This document shows, piece by piece, positions 23,926 to 35,009 of a DNA stretch of 64,000 nt; position 1 is the stretch's first letter, and each line of letters opens with the position of its first letter. A program made the translations under genes and the position numbers. The notes below the pieces were generated by a model. The model did no database searches and was not told the DNA's origin. It saw only the letters and a program-made list of their open reading frames with translations. Source of the stretch: Mobula hypostoma (lineage: Eukaryota). The DNA lies in assembly GCF_963921235.1 (NCBI RefSeq), contig NC_086097.1, positions 170,502,001 to 170,566,000 on the forward strand. The letters are read 5' to 3'.

Positions 23926-24009
23926 TAAGGTCTTTTTAAATATCAACATTTCCCAAACACTTAACATTAGAAAGAATTCTGTATTTCTATATTTTCTTCC
24001 AAAATGGAT

Positions 24010-24240
24010 AATAAGACCATAAGACATGGGAGCAGAACTAGGCCATTCAGCCCTTCTAGTCTCCTCCACCATTTCATCATGGCTGATCCCGGATCCCATT
24101 TGATCCCATACTCCTGCCCCCTCACCATATCCCTTGATGCCCAGACCAATCAGAAAAATATCAACTTCCACTTTGAACATACCCATGGACTTGACCTCCA
24201 TCACAGTCTGTGGCAGAACATTCCACAGATTCATCACTCT

Positions 24241-24285
<45 letters not shown>

Positions 24286-24737
24286 TCCTTACTTCTGTTC
24301 GGATTTTGAGGCTGTGCCTTCTAGTCCTGGACACCCCCTCCAGAGGAAACTTCCTCTCTGCATCCACCTTATCGAGTCCTTTCAAGATTTGGTAGGTTTC
24401 AATGAGATCCTCATGCATTCTTCTAAATTTCAATGAGTACACACCCAAAGCTACCAAATGCTTCTCGTATGTTAACCCCTTCAACCTCGCAAACCTCCTC
24501 TGGACTATCTCCAATGACAACACAACCTTTCTGAGATAAGGGGCCCAAAACTGTTGACAATACTCCAAGTGCAGCCTGGCCACTGTCTAATAAAGCTTTA
24601 GCATTATCTCCTTGTTTTATATTCTATTCCCCTTGAAATAAATTCCAACATTGCATTTGCCTTCTTTACCAAAGACTCAACCTGTGAATTAACCTTCTAG
24701 GAGTCTTGCCTGGGGGCTCCCAAATCCCTTTGCACTT
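24010..24737 (-). mobile_element. CR1 3' end with an expanded internal T-run (A35 on + strand, 24248-24282)
   Basis: HLEYCQQFWAPYLRK, LGVYSLKFRRM.EDLIETYQIL; (ATAAGACC) tail at 24010-24025. Confidence 0.88.
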
Positions 24738-24879
24738 TTCAATAATATCATATTCTTCCTCGGCTATGATGGCATCCAATCACTCAGCTGGCTATAACCC
24801 TGTGAAGCCACCTTCCTCATTACTACTCGCATTCTCAATTAGTTTCAAGACATTTAGAAAACTCAGAAACACTACAACT

Positions 24880-25320
24880 GGTCCCCTCCAGGGATGAAGT
24901 TAGAGGGTTAGGTTAGGTAGGCTAGGTCGTTATTCTTTGAGCTTAGGAGACTGAGGGATGATCTTCTAGCTGTGTATAAATTCAGGAGGGGATATACATG
25001 TGAATGCACTCAGTCTTTTTCCCTTGGAAAAGGGAACCAAAAACTAGAGGACATAGGTTTGAGGTGAGAGGGCAAAAATCTAAAAGGGACACGTGAGGCA
25101 AAGTCTTCATGTAGAGGGTGGGCAGTACATGGAACGAGCTGAGAGAGGAAGTGGTTGAGGCAGATATATTAAGGACATGTAGCAGGTACATGGGATAGGA
25201 ATGAGTTAGACATGCATGGCCCAAAACTGGTAAATGGGACTAGCTTAGTTGGGCATCTTGGTTGGGATAGATGAGTTGGGCAGGGTGGCCCTTTTCCTTT
25301 CTGTATCATTCTATGACTCT
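24880..25320 (+). mobile_element. CR1 3' fragment
   Basis: actagaggacataggtttgaggtgagagggcaaaaatctaaaaggga..; ctatgactcta tail. Confidence 0.8.
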
Positions 25321-25373
25321 ATTACCCTGGTCATAGTCTGCCAACAGTGACATACCTGCTTACACCTACACTA

Positions 25374-25938
25374 TACTCAGTGATCACTTTATTAGGTACC
25401 TCCTGTAGCTAATAAATTGGCCACTGAGTAGATATTCATGGTCTTCTGCTGCTGTAGCCCAACCATTTCACGGTTCAACATGCTGTTTATTCAGAGATGC
25501 TCTTCTTCACACCACTGTTGTAACACATTAACACATGGTTATATTTAAGATATTGTCACCATCCTGTCAGCTTGAACCCACCTGGCCATTCTCCTCTAAC
25601 TTCTCTCATTAGCAAAGTATCTTTGCTCACAGAACGGCCACCTACTGGATTTTTTTTTGTTTCTCGCAGAAGAATAAACTCCAGAGACTGTTGTGTGTGA
25701 AAATTTCAGATCAGCAGTTTCTGAGATACCTAAACCACCCTGTCTGACACCAGCAATCATTCCACGGTCAAAGTCACTGACATCACTTTTCTTCCTCATT
25801 CCTGTATTTGATCAGAATAACAACTAAATCTTTTGACCATGTCTGCATGCTTTTATACATTGAGATGCTGCCATATGATTGACTGATTAGATATTTACAT
25901 TAGTGAGTAGGTGTCCCTAATAAAGTGGTCACTGAATG
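25374..25938 (-). mobile_element. Non-autonomous Tc1-like element retaining the transposase N-terminal HTH
   Basis: TIR (C)ACTCAGTG(G/A)(C/T)CACTTTATTAGG at both ends, TA flanks, extra inverted TIR at ~25405-25429; MRKKSDVSDFDRGMIAGVRQGGLGISETADL.FSHTTVS.VY. Confidence 0.85.
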
Positions 25939-26839
25939 TATGCTTCCTATGCGTTAACGACCTCTAATCTACTCTAGAACGTTACCCATTATTCCAGCTT
26001 CTTCAACTTTGTTCATTCATCTCTGTATGGGACTTCATTTATAACATGTTGAAAAACCAAATGCACCACATATTCTGGGTCCCCTCTACCCTACCTCCCA
26101 CCTTTCATCCACCCTGCCAGATACATTCTCAAAGGACTCTAGTAGATTAGTCAAACATAGATTGGTTTTCATAAGTGCACAGGGACCCTGCTCAATCATA
26201 TTGTTTTTTTCCTGGTTAATTTCCATGTATGTGTGTTTTATGTGTATTTATTATGTATATGTGTGAATGGTTTTGTATCCAAGGGCATCTGTGTTCTTTG
26301 GGACAATGCAGCATTTTTTGACAGTATGTAGACTTTTGAAAAAAGTTTAGATATCCTTCATGTAATTTAAAGAGTCTACGATGAAGTGATGCCTATTCCC
26401 TGCTGAAGACAGCACTGAGGATTCTTGATGTGTCTGTCTCATACTCTCACAACTGAGTCAACAGGTAAATCCATTAAATTCTTAACTTAGAACCACTGAA
26501 CATTATCAACAAACATCTCCCCTGGAGTGTACATTAGTTGATTTCCATTAATTAATTTCTCTTCTGTTATAATTAGTACAATTAATTAAGAAGAATTTTC
26601 AGTTTAACATCACTATGGAGCACATTTTTTTGTGGATTATTATAATTAAATGTTTTAAATCTTTGTTCAATGTTGGCAGCAGTAAGCTCCCCGCATGATC
26701 AATAGTTTCAACTTTGCACTCCAAGAGAATTGTTATTTATCATCGAAGTTTGAAACAGAGTAATTATATTAATAAGATCAGGAACTAAATATGATCAAAA
26801 ACTGAAAGAATCTTGGGTTTGGAAGGTCTTTCTCAGTTG

Positions 26840-27150
26840 ATGGATGCTGTGTTAGCTGTTGATTAGAGAGCTGTGGGTTCAAATCCCATTCTGGTGATAA
26901 GCATATATTGGTTGTCAGCCCTGAGGGAGTGCTGTAGTGTTCAACTCCATTGGGTGAAATGTTAAACCAAGTCTCCTGTGGATGCTGTTTTATCAAGAAG
27001 TGTAGGGGAACAGTATGGGCTAACAATTATTCATCAATAGATCTCACTAAATAACTTACAAAGAATATTGTCCCATTTTTACACCAGGAGGCTTGCTGTG
27101 CACAAATCAACAGCTAAAATACAACAAAGATGCCATTTCAAAAAAATTTT
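26840..27150 (+). mobile_element. Deu-domain SINE relic (SacSINE1/AmnSINE1-like)
   Basis: B-box GGTTCAAATCCC, then ctgagggagtgctg, gaaatgttaaaccaag, tcaagaagtgtagggg and gcttgctgtgcacaaat in the order of the Deu-SINE consensus as I recall it. Confidence 0.6.
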
Positions 27151-27164
27151 TCTCGCACTCTGAT

Positions 27165-27520
27165 AGTCAAAGTCAATGTCAAAGTCAATGTCAAAGTCAA
27201 GTTTATTGTCAAATGCACAGCTGCAATGAAAAACATACTTGCAGCAGCATTACAGGCACAGAGCATTATGTAAGTAGGATTCACGAAAAATGTAAATTAA
27301 ACACTAATTTTATAAGAAAGTACACAAATTAGACGAAAAATGTCTATTTTGGTGCAAAGTGGTCGTAGTTTTGCAAAAGCTATCATGTTCTGTGACGATT
27401 AGGGTTATTGTCAGTTGGTTCAAGAACTAAATGGTCAAAGGAAACAAGTTGTTTTTGAATCTGATGGAGCAGGACCTAAGGCTTCTGTACCTCCATTTTG
27501 ATGATAGCTGTGAAAAGAGG
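27165..27520 (-). mobile_element. Rex1-type LINE 3' UTR/tail
   Basis: (GTCAAA/GTCAAT)n tail, tttattgtc polyA signal, ttgtttttgaatctg..ggcttctgtacctcc. Confidence 0.6.
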
Positions 27521-27879
27521 AACTTCAAATATATAAATTAAAGAAAGCACATGCTGGAAAATCTCAATTAAGAACATATAACGCTGGAAACATTCAGCAG
27601 GTCAGACAGTATCTGTGGAGAGAAAAGCAGAGTTAATGTATTAAATTGAAGACCTTTCATCAGTACTCCCTTCTAGAAGGATGGGTCTGCTTTAAAATGA
27701 AATGTGGAGTCTAGGCTTCCATTTCCCTTCCTGTGAAGAGCCAATTCCTGACCTCATGGGTTCATAGCCTGGTTTTGATGTTGAGGTAATTGTTCCTTGC
27801 TCTGGACTTCACTGGAGGACATTGTCTGCTACCTATTCATACATATTGTGTTTGGTTTCTTTATAGTAGAGAATAAAAA

Positions 27880-28225
27880 TCAGAATCAAAATCAGATTGG
27901 GGTTTGGAACCATTGACATATGTTGTGAAATTTGTTTTGTGACAACCATACAGTGCAAGCAGTAAAAAATTACTATATGTCACAATAAATAAATAATACA
28001 AAAGAGGAATAGCGAGGAAGTGATGGTGGAGAGGAAGTAGCCAATCCTAAAATTTTGAGTGGGTCTTCGGGCTCCTATACCTCATCCCCAATGATAGTAA
28101 TGTGAAGGGGGCATGTCACAAATGGTGAAGATCCTTACTGCTGCCTTCTTGAGGCATTGCCTTTGCAAGATGTCCTCAATGAAGGGGAGGGTTGTAGGTA
28201 TGATGGAGCTAACTGAGTCTACAGA
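27880..28225 (-). mobile_element. Rex1/Babar 3' fragment
   Basis: TTLPFIEDILQRQCLKKAA; aatcagaatc tail. Confidence 0.65.
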
Positions 28226-28431
28226 CCTCCACATTATGAACAATGAATGCACTTTTCCTCTTTCCATGTACCAATGCAAATGCCTTTTAAATAATTGTAC
28301 CTTCCTCTGACACTTCTTGGCACCTCATTCCATATACCCACCACCCTGTGTGAACAAAATGGATCCTCTGCTCCCTTTTAAATCTTTCCTTTCTCACCTA
28401 AATCTATAAATTTACGACTTTAAACTCTAAA

Positions 28432-28495
28432 TCTCAATCTGAAATCCGGTGGACTCCTAACACTGCAGCAATCCCTCAGTGCTGCAGTAATGTCT
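28432..28495 (-). mobile_element. Short Deu-domain SINE fragment
   Basis: Reverse complement gcagcactgagggattgctgcagtgttaggag..tttcagattgag resembles the Deu core and 26920-26960. Confidence 0.45.
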
Positions 28496-28847
28496 CTTTG
28501 TCATACCTACCGTAGTTAAAATCAGCAAGCATGGTAAATTGAAATAAAGTGGTGAAATATTATTATGTGGTAGTGGAAGAGCATTTGACTTTAGTAAAAG
28601 TCATATTGACATTGTAATTCTGCTTGTTTTTCACAATTCTCTCTGCCATAAAACCAAATTGATTCCTTAAATGGTGAGGTGAAAAGGTTGTGGAAAGTAT
28701 TTTTGCTGTCTCTGTAAAATCCCTCAAATCTGCTGGAAGCTCAGCTGATCCAGACTCAGTGCCTGCTTGCAGATCAACACCTTCAGATTTGTAAACCCGG
28801 ATGCTTATAGGCAGCTTGATGGATATATTTCACCATCTGCACGGTCA

Positions 28848-29031
28848 ACTCAAGACCCTTGAAAAAGACCCTCCATCGAGGGAAAAGGTTGTCAGGTGAA
28901 TAGAGAAAGCAATTCAAGGGTATGCTGAAAGGGCCACTGACTTGAGACCCTAGAAAAAGACCCTCCATCGAGGGAAAAGGTTGTCAGGTGAATAGAGAAA
29001 GCAATTCAAGGGTATGCTGAAAGGGCCACTG
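28848..29031. repeat. Tandem duplication, 2 x 92 bp
   Basis: 28861-28939 is identical to 28953-29031 (79 bp); the leading 13 bp differ at 3 positions. Confidence 0.95.
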
Positions 29032-29164
29032 TGAGGCAGCAGAAATCCTTACCGCCTCTTGAAAATCCCCGAATTTCGTGACTGCCTAGAGGCGTATTGA
29101 CAGCCTCGAAGCCATGCAGTGAGATCCTAGTGTTTTTGATGGAAGCAGCCCAATTCTGTGGTAT

Positions 29165-29390
29165 TACTATACAGTAGTGCAGTGGTTAGCACGGTGACCC
29201 AGGTTCAATTTCCACTGCTGTCTGTAAGGAGTATGTGCATTCTCCCCTTGACAGTGATGGTTTCCTCTGAGTGAGGATTCCATGCTCCAAAGACATACCA
29301 GCTGGTAATTTCACTGGGCATTGTAAATTGTCCTGTGATTAGTCTTTGATTAAATTGGGAGAGTACTGGGGAGCACAGCTTGTGGAGCTA
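29165..29390 (+). mobile_element. V-SINE/HE1-like SINE
   Basis: gtagtgcagtggttagcac..ccaggttcaattt..ctgtaaggagtatgtgcattctcccc..cattgtaaattgtcctgtgattag. Confidence 0.65.
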
Positions 29391-29990
29391 TGATATAGAG
29401 CAAGGTAAAACAATAACAACACAGAACCAAATGTTCAGTGCACGTCAGCAATAAGACCATAATGCAAGGTGCAAAGTTAGACTATTCAGCCCAGTGACTC
29501 AGTTCTACCATTCAATCATGGATGATTTATTTTCCCTCTCAACCCCATTCTCCTATCTCCTCCCCGTAACTTTGGAAGCCCTTACTAATCACAAAAGACT
29601 CAAGATTATAATATGGTGGACTGTGATCTGAAGAGTCCATTTTATCATATAAGAGGTCCATTCAAGAGAGCCTGATAAAAGCAGGATAGAAGGTGTCCTT
29701 GAACCTGTGATACATGCTTTCAGGTTTTTTTGTATGTTCTGTCCAGTGGCAGGGGGGAGAAGAAAGAATGTCCAGGGTGGGTGGGATTTTTGATTATGCT
29801 GGCTGCTTTATTGCTTTACTATGGAGAAGTATAAACAGAATCCACAGAGAGGAGGCTATTTCCCATGATATGCTGAGCTGTGTCCACAACTCTCCACAGT
29901 TTCTTGCAGTTATGGACAGAGCAGTTGTTATTCTAAGCTGTTTTGCATAAAGACAGCATGCTTTCTACATCAATAAAAATAGGTAAGGAT
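29390..29990 (-). mobile_element. Rex1-type 3' fragment containing a short CR1 tail (~29470-29590)
   Basis: aaggtgtccttgaacctg..cacaactctccacagtttcttgcagt; insert with ccattcaatcatggatgat..aaccccattctcct. Confidence 0.55.
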
Positions 29991-30039
29991 TAACCAAGGT
30001 TACTGAGAGTAGAAGGGTAGACGAGAAGAGTAAATGGGG

Positions 30040-30640
30040 TTGGAAGAGGTGCATGTGAATCTTTGTGTCACCTGTTTAGGTCCCTAGATATTGGTGAAGG
30101 AGAAGGTTGCACCTCCTTTGGTTACAGGAGGATAGTGCCCTAGGTCAGGAAGGGGTGGCTGAGGATGGCTGAGCAGACCTGGGAGTCACAGAGAATGTGG
30201 TCCCTCCAGAAAGCAGAAAGGGAGGGGAGGGGAAGATGTCGCAGATGATGGGATCTCATTGTAGCTGGTGGAAATGACAGAGGATATCAGATAGAGATTG
30301 TAGTTTAAGGTGAGAGGGGAAGATTTAAAAGGGACCTAAGAGTCACCTTCTTCATTCAAGGGGTGGCCAGTGTATGGAGTAAGCTGTCAGAGGAAGTGGT
30401 TGAGGCTGGTACATTAATAACATTTAAAACACATGTTGATAGGTACATGGATAAGAAAGGTTGAGAGGGATATGAGCCAAACACAGACAATGGGATGGTG
30501 TTAGATGGTATCTTGGTTGCATGGCCTGACGGCCTTTATTGTGTTGTATGACTCTGACTCCATCTGGAAGCTGGAGGGGTGAAAGGTGAGAACTGAGGGA
30601 CCTCTGTTCTGTCTGGGAAAACATAGGCTGAGAGCAGAAG
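30040..30640 (-). mobile_element. Penelope-like element ORF relic (RT to GIY-YIG linker), interrupted by CR1
   Basis: Minus strand gives approximately VLTFHPSS (~30570-30600), HF.QLQ.DP...IFPSPPLSAF.RDH.L.DS (~30170-30285) and GPKQ..QRFTCTS (~30046-30090), typical of vertebrate Penelope ORFs. Confidence 0.65.
30295..30558 (+). mobile_element. CR1 3' end inserted into the Penelope relic
   Basis: tttaaggtgagagggg..tttaaaagggacctaagag..cttcttcattcaaggggtgg; tatgactctgactc tail. Confidence 0.75.
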
Positions 30641-30839
30641 TTGGGTTATTAAGTTCATTTACAGTTCTGGGCCCTTGCTATGCACTTGTATTGTGCCAAG
30701 GGACAACAATGCCTACACTCACTAACCTCGCTGGCTTGAAAGATGGCTGAACTACATATAAATCTACATCTCCTTCACATCATCGTACTTCTGACAATAG
30801 ATTTGAAAAAGGATGTTTCCCAAGCAACAGAAAAGGAAG

Positions 30840-32762
30840 AGAGAGGACATACAGTACAATATAGAAAAAATGAGTGGGAAGTTATAGGATTGGGATGCTT
30901 TTAAAAACCAACGGAAGATAACTTAAAAAGCAATAAGGAGAAAAAAATGAAAGTAAGCTTGCCAACAATATGCAGGAGGATACCAAAATACTTTCCAGAT
31001 ATATGAAAAGTAAAAGAGAGAAGAGAGTGGATATTGTACTGTTGGAAAATGATGCTGCAGGGGTAGTAATGGGGGACAAAGAAAAGGCAGACAAACTAAA
31101 TAAGTATATTTTGCATCAGTCTTCACTGTGGAAGATGCCAGAAATTCAAGAATGTTAGGGGCAGAAGCAAGTGTAGTTGCTCTTACTAAGAAGAAGGTGC
31201 TTGAGAAGCTAAAAGGTCTGAAGGTAGGAAAGTCACCTGGACCAGATGGACTGTACCCTAGGGTTCTTAAAGAGATAGCTGAAAAGATTGTGGAGACATG
31301 GGTAGTGATCTTTCATGAATCACTAGATTCTGGAGGACTGGAAAATTGCAAATTTCATATTATGCTTTAAGAAGGGAGGGAAGCAGAAAAAGAAAATTAT
31401 AGGCCATTTAGCTTGACTTCAGTGGTTGTGAAGATGGACTCCAACAATTATTAAGGATGAGGTTTAGGGGTGCTCAAAGGCTAAAGTCAAGATGTTTTCC
31501 CTAAGGGGAAATCTTGCCTGACAAATGAGTTGAATTCTTGGAGGAAGTAACAGGCAGGATAGACAAAGGAAAGTCAGTGGATGTTGTTTACTTGGATTTT
31601 CAGAAGTCCTTTGACAAAGTGTCATATATGAGGTTGCTAAACTAGATAAGAGGCCATGGTGTTACAAAAAAGATACTAGCATGGATAGAAGGTTGGCTGA
31701 CTGGTGGGAGGAAAAGAGTGAGAATAAAAGAGGCCATTTCCTGGTTGACTGCTGGTGACTAGTGGTGCTCCGCAGGGGTCAGTGTTGCCAACTCTTCCTT
31801 TCACATTATATGTGAATAATTAGGCTGATGGAAGGAATGCTTTTACTTTTTGGCCAAGTTTGCAGACAATATGAAGATAGATAAAGGGGCAGGTAGTATT
31901 GAAGAAGCAAGCAGTATGCAGAAGGGCTTAAACAGATTAGGAGAATGGGCGAAGAAGAGGCAGCTGGAATATAGTGAAAGGAAGTGTATGGTTATACACT
32001 TTGGTAGAAGGAATAAACACATAGAATACTTTCTGATTAGGGAGAAAAATCAGAAATGCAAAGGGACTTGGGAGTCCTCATGCAGATATTCCTCAAAAGT
32101 TAACCTGCAGGTTGAGCCAGTGATAAGGAAATCAAATGTAATGTTAGCATTCATTTTGAGATGATTAGAATATAGAAGCAAGGTTGTAATGCTGCGGCTT
32201 TATAAGGCATTTGTCAGCCCAGAGTATTGTGAGAAGTTCTGGGTCCATTAGAAAGGACGTGCTAGTTTTGGAGAAGGTCCAGAGAAGGTACATGAGAAAG
32301 ATTCTGTGAATGAGAAGATTAATGTATGAGAGTCATTTGATGGCTCTGGGCCTGTACTCACTGGAGTTTAGAATAATGAGGGGGAATTTCATTGAAACCT
32401 ATCAAGAATTGAAAGGCCTAGATAGAGTCAATGTGGAGAGGATGTATCTCATAGTGGTAGAGTCTAGAACCAGAAAGCACAGAGTCAGAATAGAGGGATG
32501 ACCCAAAAGAACAGAGATGAGAAGGAATTTCATTAACCCAAAGGTGAGTAATTCTATGGAATTATTTGCTGCAGATGTCTGAGAAAGTCATATTGAAAGT
32601 AGAAGTTGATAGTTTCTTGATTAGTAAGGACATCAAAGTTTACTGGGAGAAGGCAGGAGAATAGGGTTGAGAGGGATAACTAATCAGTCATGATAGAATG
32701 TCTGAGTGAACTCAATGGGTCAAATGGCCTAATTCTGATCCTATGTCTTATGATCTTATGGT
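30840..32762 (+). mobile_element. Degenerate CR1 LINE ORF2 (RT to 3' end)
   Basis: LKGLKVGKSPGPDGLYPRVLKE, AKFADNMKI, LGLYSLEFR; tcttatgatcttatgg tail. Confidence 0.88.
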
Positions 32763-33869
32763 CAGCGTGTGACCTAATTTTATTTCAGATAACACTTACC
32801 TATTAAAATAATCAGCAATATTCTAATCAGACTATTGTGCCTTTGGGTGCATAAATCATTAAACATGGTATCAATTACTGTCAACAACACCATTGTACAA
32901 ATGCACTCTGATTAAATTCTTGTTTTACTGCTATTAACTGCTCTGCTTTGCCTGGTTTGGTGGCACCATTAGAAGGGATGAGAGAGAGAATTGATGCAAG
33001 TGTTCATAAAATAATGCAAACAGTAATTTCTACACATTAGTTTTTATCTCCCATGATGTCAGTTTTATTAGATCGCCTGAAGGTTTTACTGTTCCTTTCT
33101 AATACTCAGATCTCTGGTTAGTGAAGTAGAAGGTATACTATCAATGAGCTGTTCTTTAATGCCATGTTATTAGCAAGACAGATAGCACACACTTATCAGC
33201 CTTTCTGTCTCAACTCAACTTCTCAAATGTTGCCTGCAGTCAGCCTGAGAGCGAGGGTGTCCAGGGATATGCTCTGCTTTATGTAACCACATTATATTCT
33301 GTGCTGTGACATTGTGAATGAAAAGCCTTGCCCACGGTACACTTGTTCCAAGCCATCAGTGTGGAAATTTACGATGTGACACAGGAAGAGATTCTAGGCG
33401 TGCAACTTGCTCCTGGGCTGGATTGCTATTCCAGTTGTGAAACCGAAGAGCCTATTTTGTACAGCAGCAAGTATTGGATTTCCACCTAGCTTTCCATAAT
33501 TCAAAGCACCAGGCCACTAGTGAAATATTTAGGACTCACTGTGTTTCCATATGATATAAAAGGAGGTGATTTCATCCACCCAGTCCCAGTGAACTCGGAG
33601 TAATCCCATTCCTAGATTCTGAATCAACTTTATTGTCACTGAATCATATGACGTGAAATTTGTTGTTTTGCATCATCGGTACAAAGCAAATCTATAAATT
33701 GCAAAAATAGTGCAGAAAATGGAATAGCAAGGTAGTGTCCATTCAGAACCAATAGCAAGGTTCTGAAATCTTATGATAGAGGGAAGAAGCTATTTCTGAA
33801 TCATTGAGTGTGGGTCTTTATTCCTGCCACAAATTGTTGTAACCTATTGTCCCCACGTTCTCATCAACT

Positions 33870-34070
33870 CCCTCCAATTTCTACCACTCCACATGCTATG
33901 GACAACTTACAGTGGCCAACTCACCCACCGGCATGCCCTTGTACAGCATGTAGGAGGAAACTGGAGCTCCCAGAGGAAATGCATGCAGTCACAGGAAAAA
34001 CATGCAAACTGCACACGTGGAACCTGGGTCTCTGGAAAGGTGAGGCAGCAGCTTTACTGGCTATGGCTTT
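33870..34070 (-). mobile_element. V-SINE fragment
   Basis: ggacaacttacagtggccaa..gtaggaggaaactggagctcccagaggaaatgcatgcagtcacagg. Confidence 0.55.
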
Positions 34071-34289
34071 GTTGGGTTGTAGAAAATAAACATTTTCCCC
34101 ATGGGCAGTTCCCACACAGAGTTTGCATTCATTTGGATTGACATTCAAACTGACATTCAATGGGATGAATGTCAGTTTGCATATCACGGATGACATATGC
34201 CATGAAATCTGTAGTTTTGTGGTAGCAGTACAGTGCAAAAGATTTTAAAAATGCTGTAAGTTAAAAAATGTATAAGTAGTGCAAAAAAG

Positions 34290-34690
34290 GAATAGAACAT
34301 ATAGGATCTTCTGGCCAGGATGTGGTGCTGACCTAATCTATTCCATGATAAATCTAATCCTTCCCTCTTACGCAAAGCATAAGCTTCCAGTTTTCTTCAT
34401 CTATGTACCTATCTAAGAGTCTTAAATGTTCCCTACCACCACCCCTAGCAGGACATTCAGGCACTTAACACTCCCTCTGTAAAAACCTACCTCTGCACTC
34501 ACGCCTTAACTGCCTTGCACTCACCTTAAATGGATGTCCTGTGGTATTGGCTGTTTCCACCCTGGGGAAAAGGTGCTTGCTGCCCACTCTCTCTATGCCT
34601 CTTTTCATCTTATATGCCTCTATCAAGTCACATCTCATCTTACTTTGCTCCAAGGAGAAAAACACTAGCTCACTCAACCTTTCCTTGTAA
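34290..34690 (-). mobile_element. CR1 3' end nested in a Rex1-type tail
   Basis: FFSLEQSKMRCDLIEAYKM..LFPRVETANTTGHPFKV; Rex-like tail sequence on both sides (34160-34290, 34690-34860). Confidence 0.72.
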
Positions 34691-35009
34691 CAATAAAATA
34701 AAAGTGTTCATGGGTTAATGAACTGTTCAGAATTTTGATGGCAGCGGGGATGAAGCTGTTTCTAAAACAGTTGGTCTGGATCTTTGGGTTCCTGTGCCAC
34801 ATCTCCCTGATGGCAGCAATGAGAAGAGGACATATCCCAGAAGGCAAGGTACTTTGTGAAGGATATCGCTTTCTTGAGTCACAGTGGGGAGGCTATGTTG
34901 TAAAATTTGTTCTTTTGTGACAGTGCAAGATATTAAAAAAGTTAATGTAAATTGCAGTAACTATAAATAAATACATAGTGTAAAGGATGAATAGCCAGGT
35001 AGTGTTCAT

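Noticed and set aside
28848..29031. Direct repeats resembling a CRISPR unit
   Set aside because: Only two 79-bp copies with a 13-bp linker homologous to upstream sequence; eukaryotic context and no cas genes
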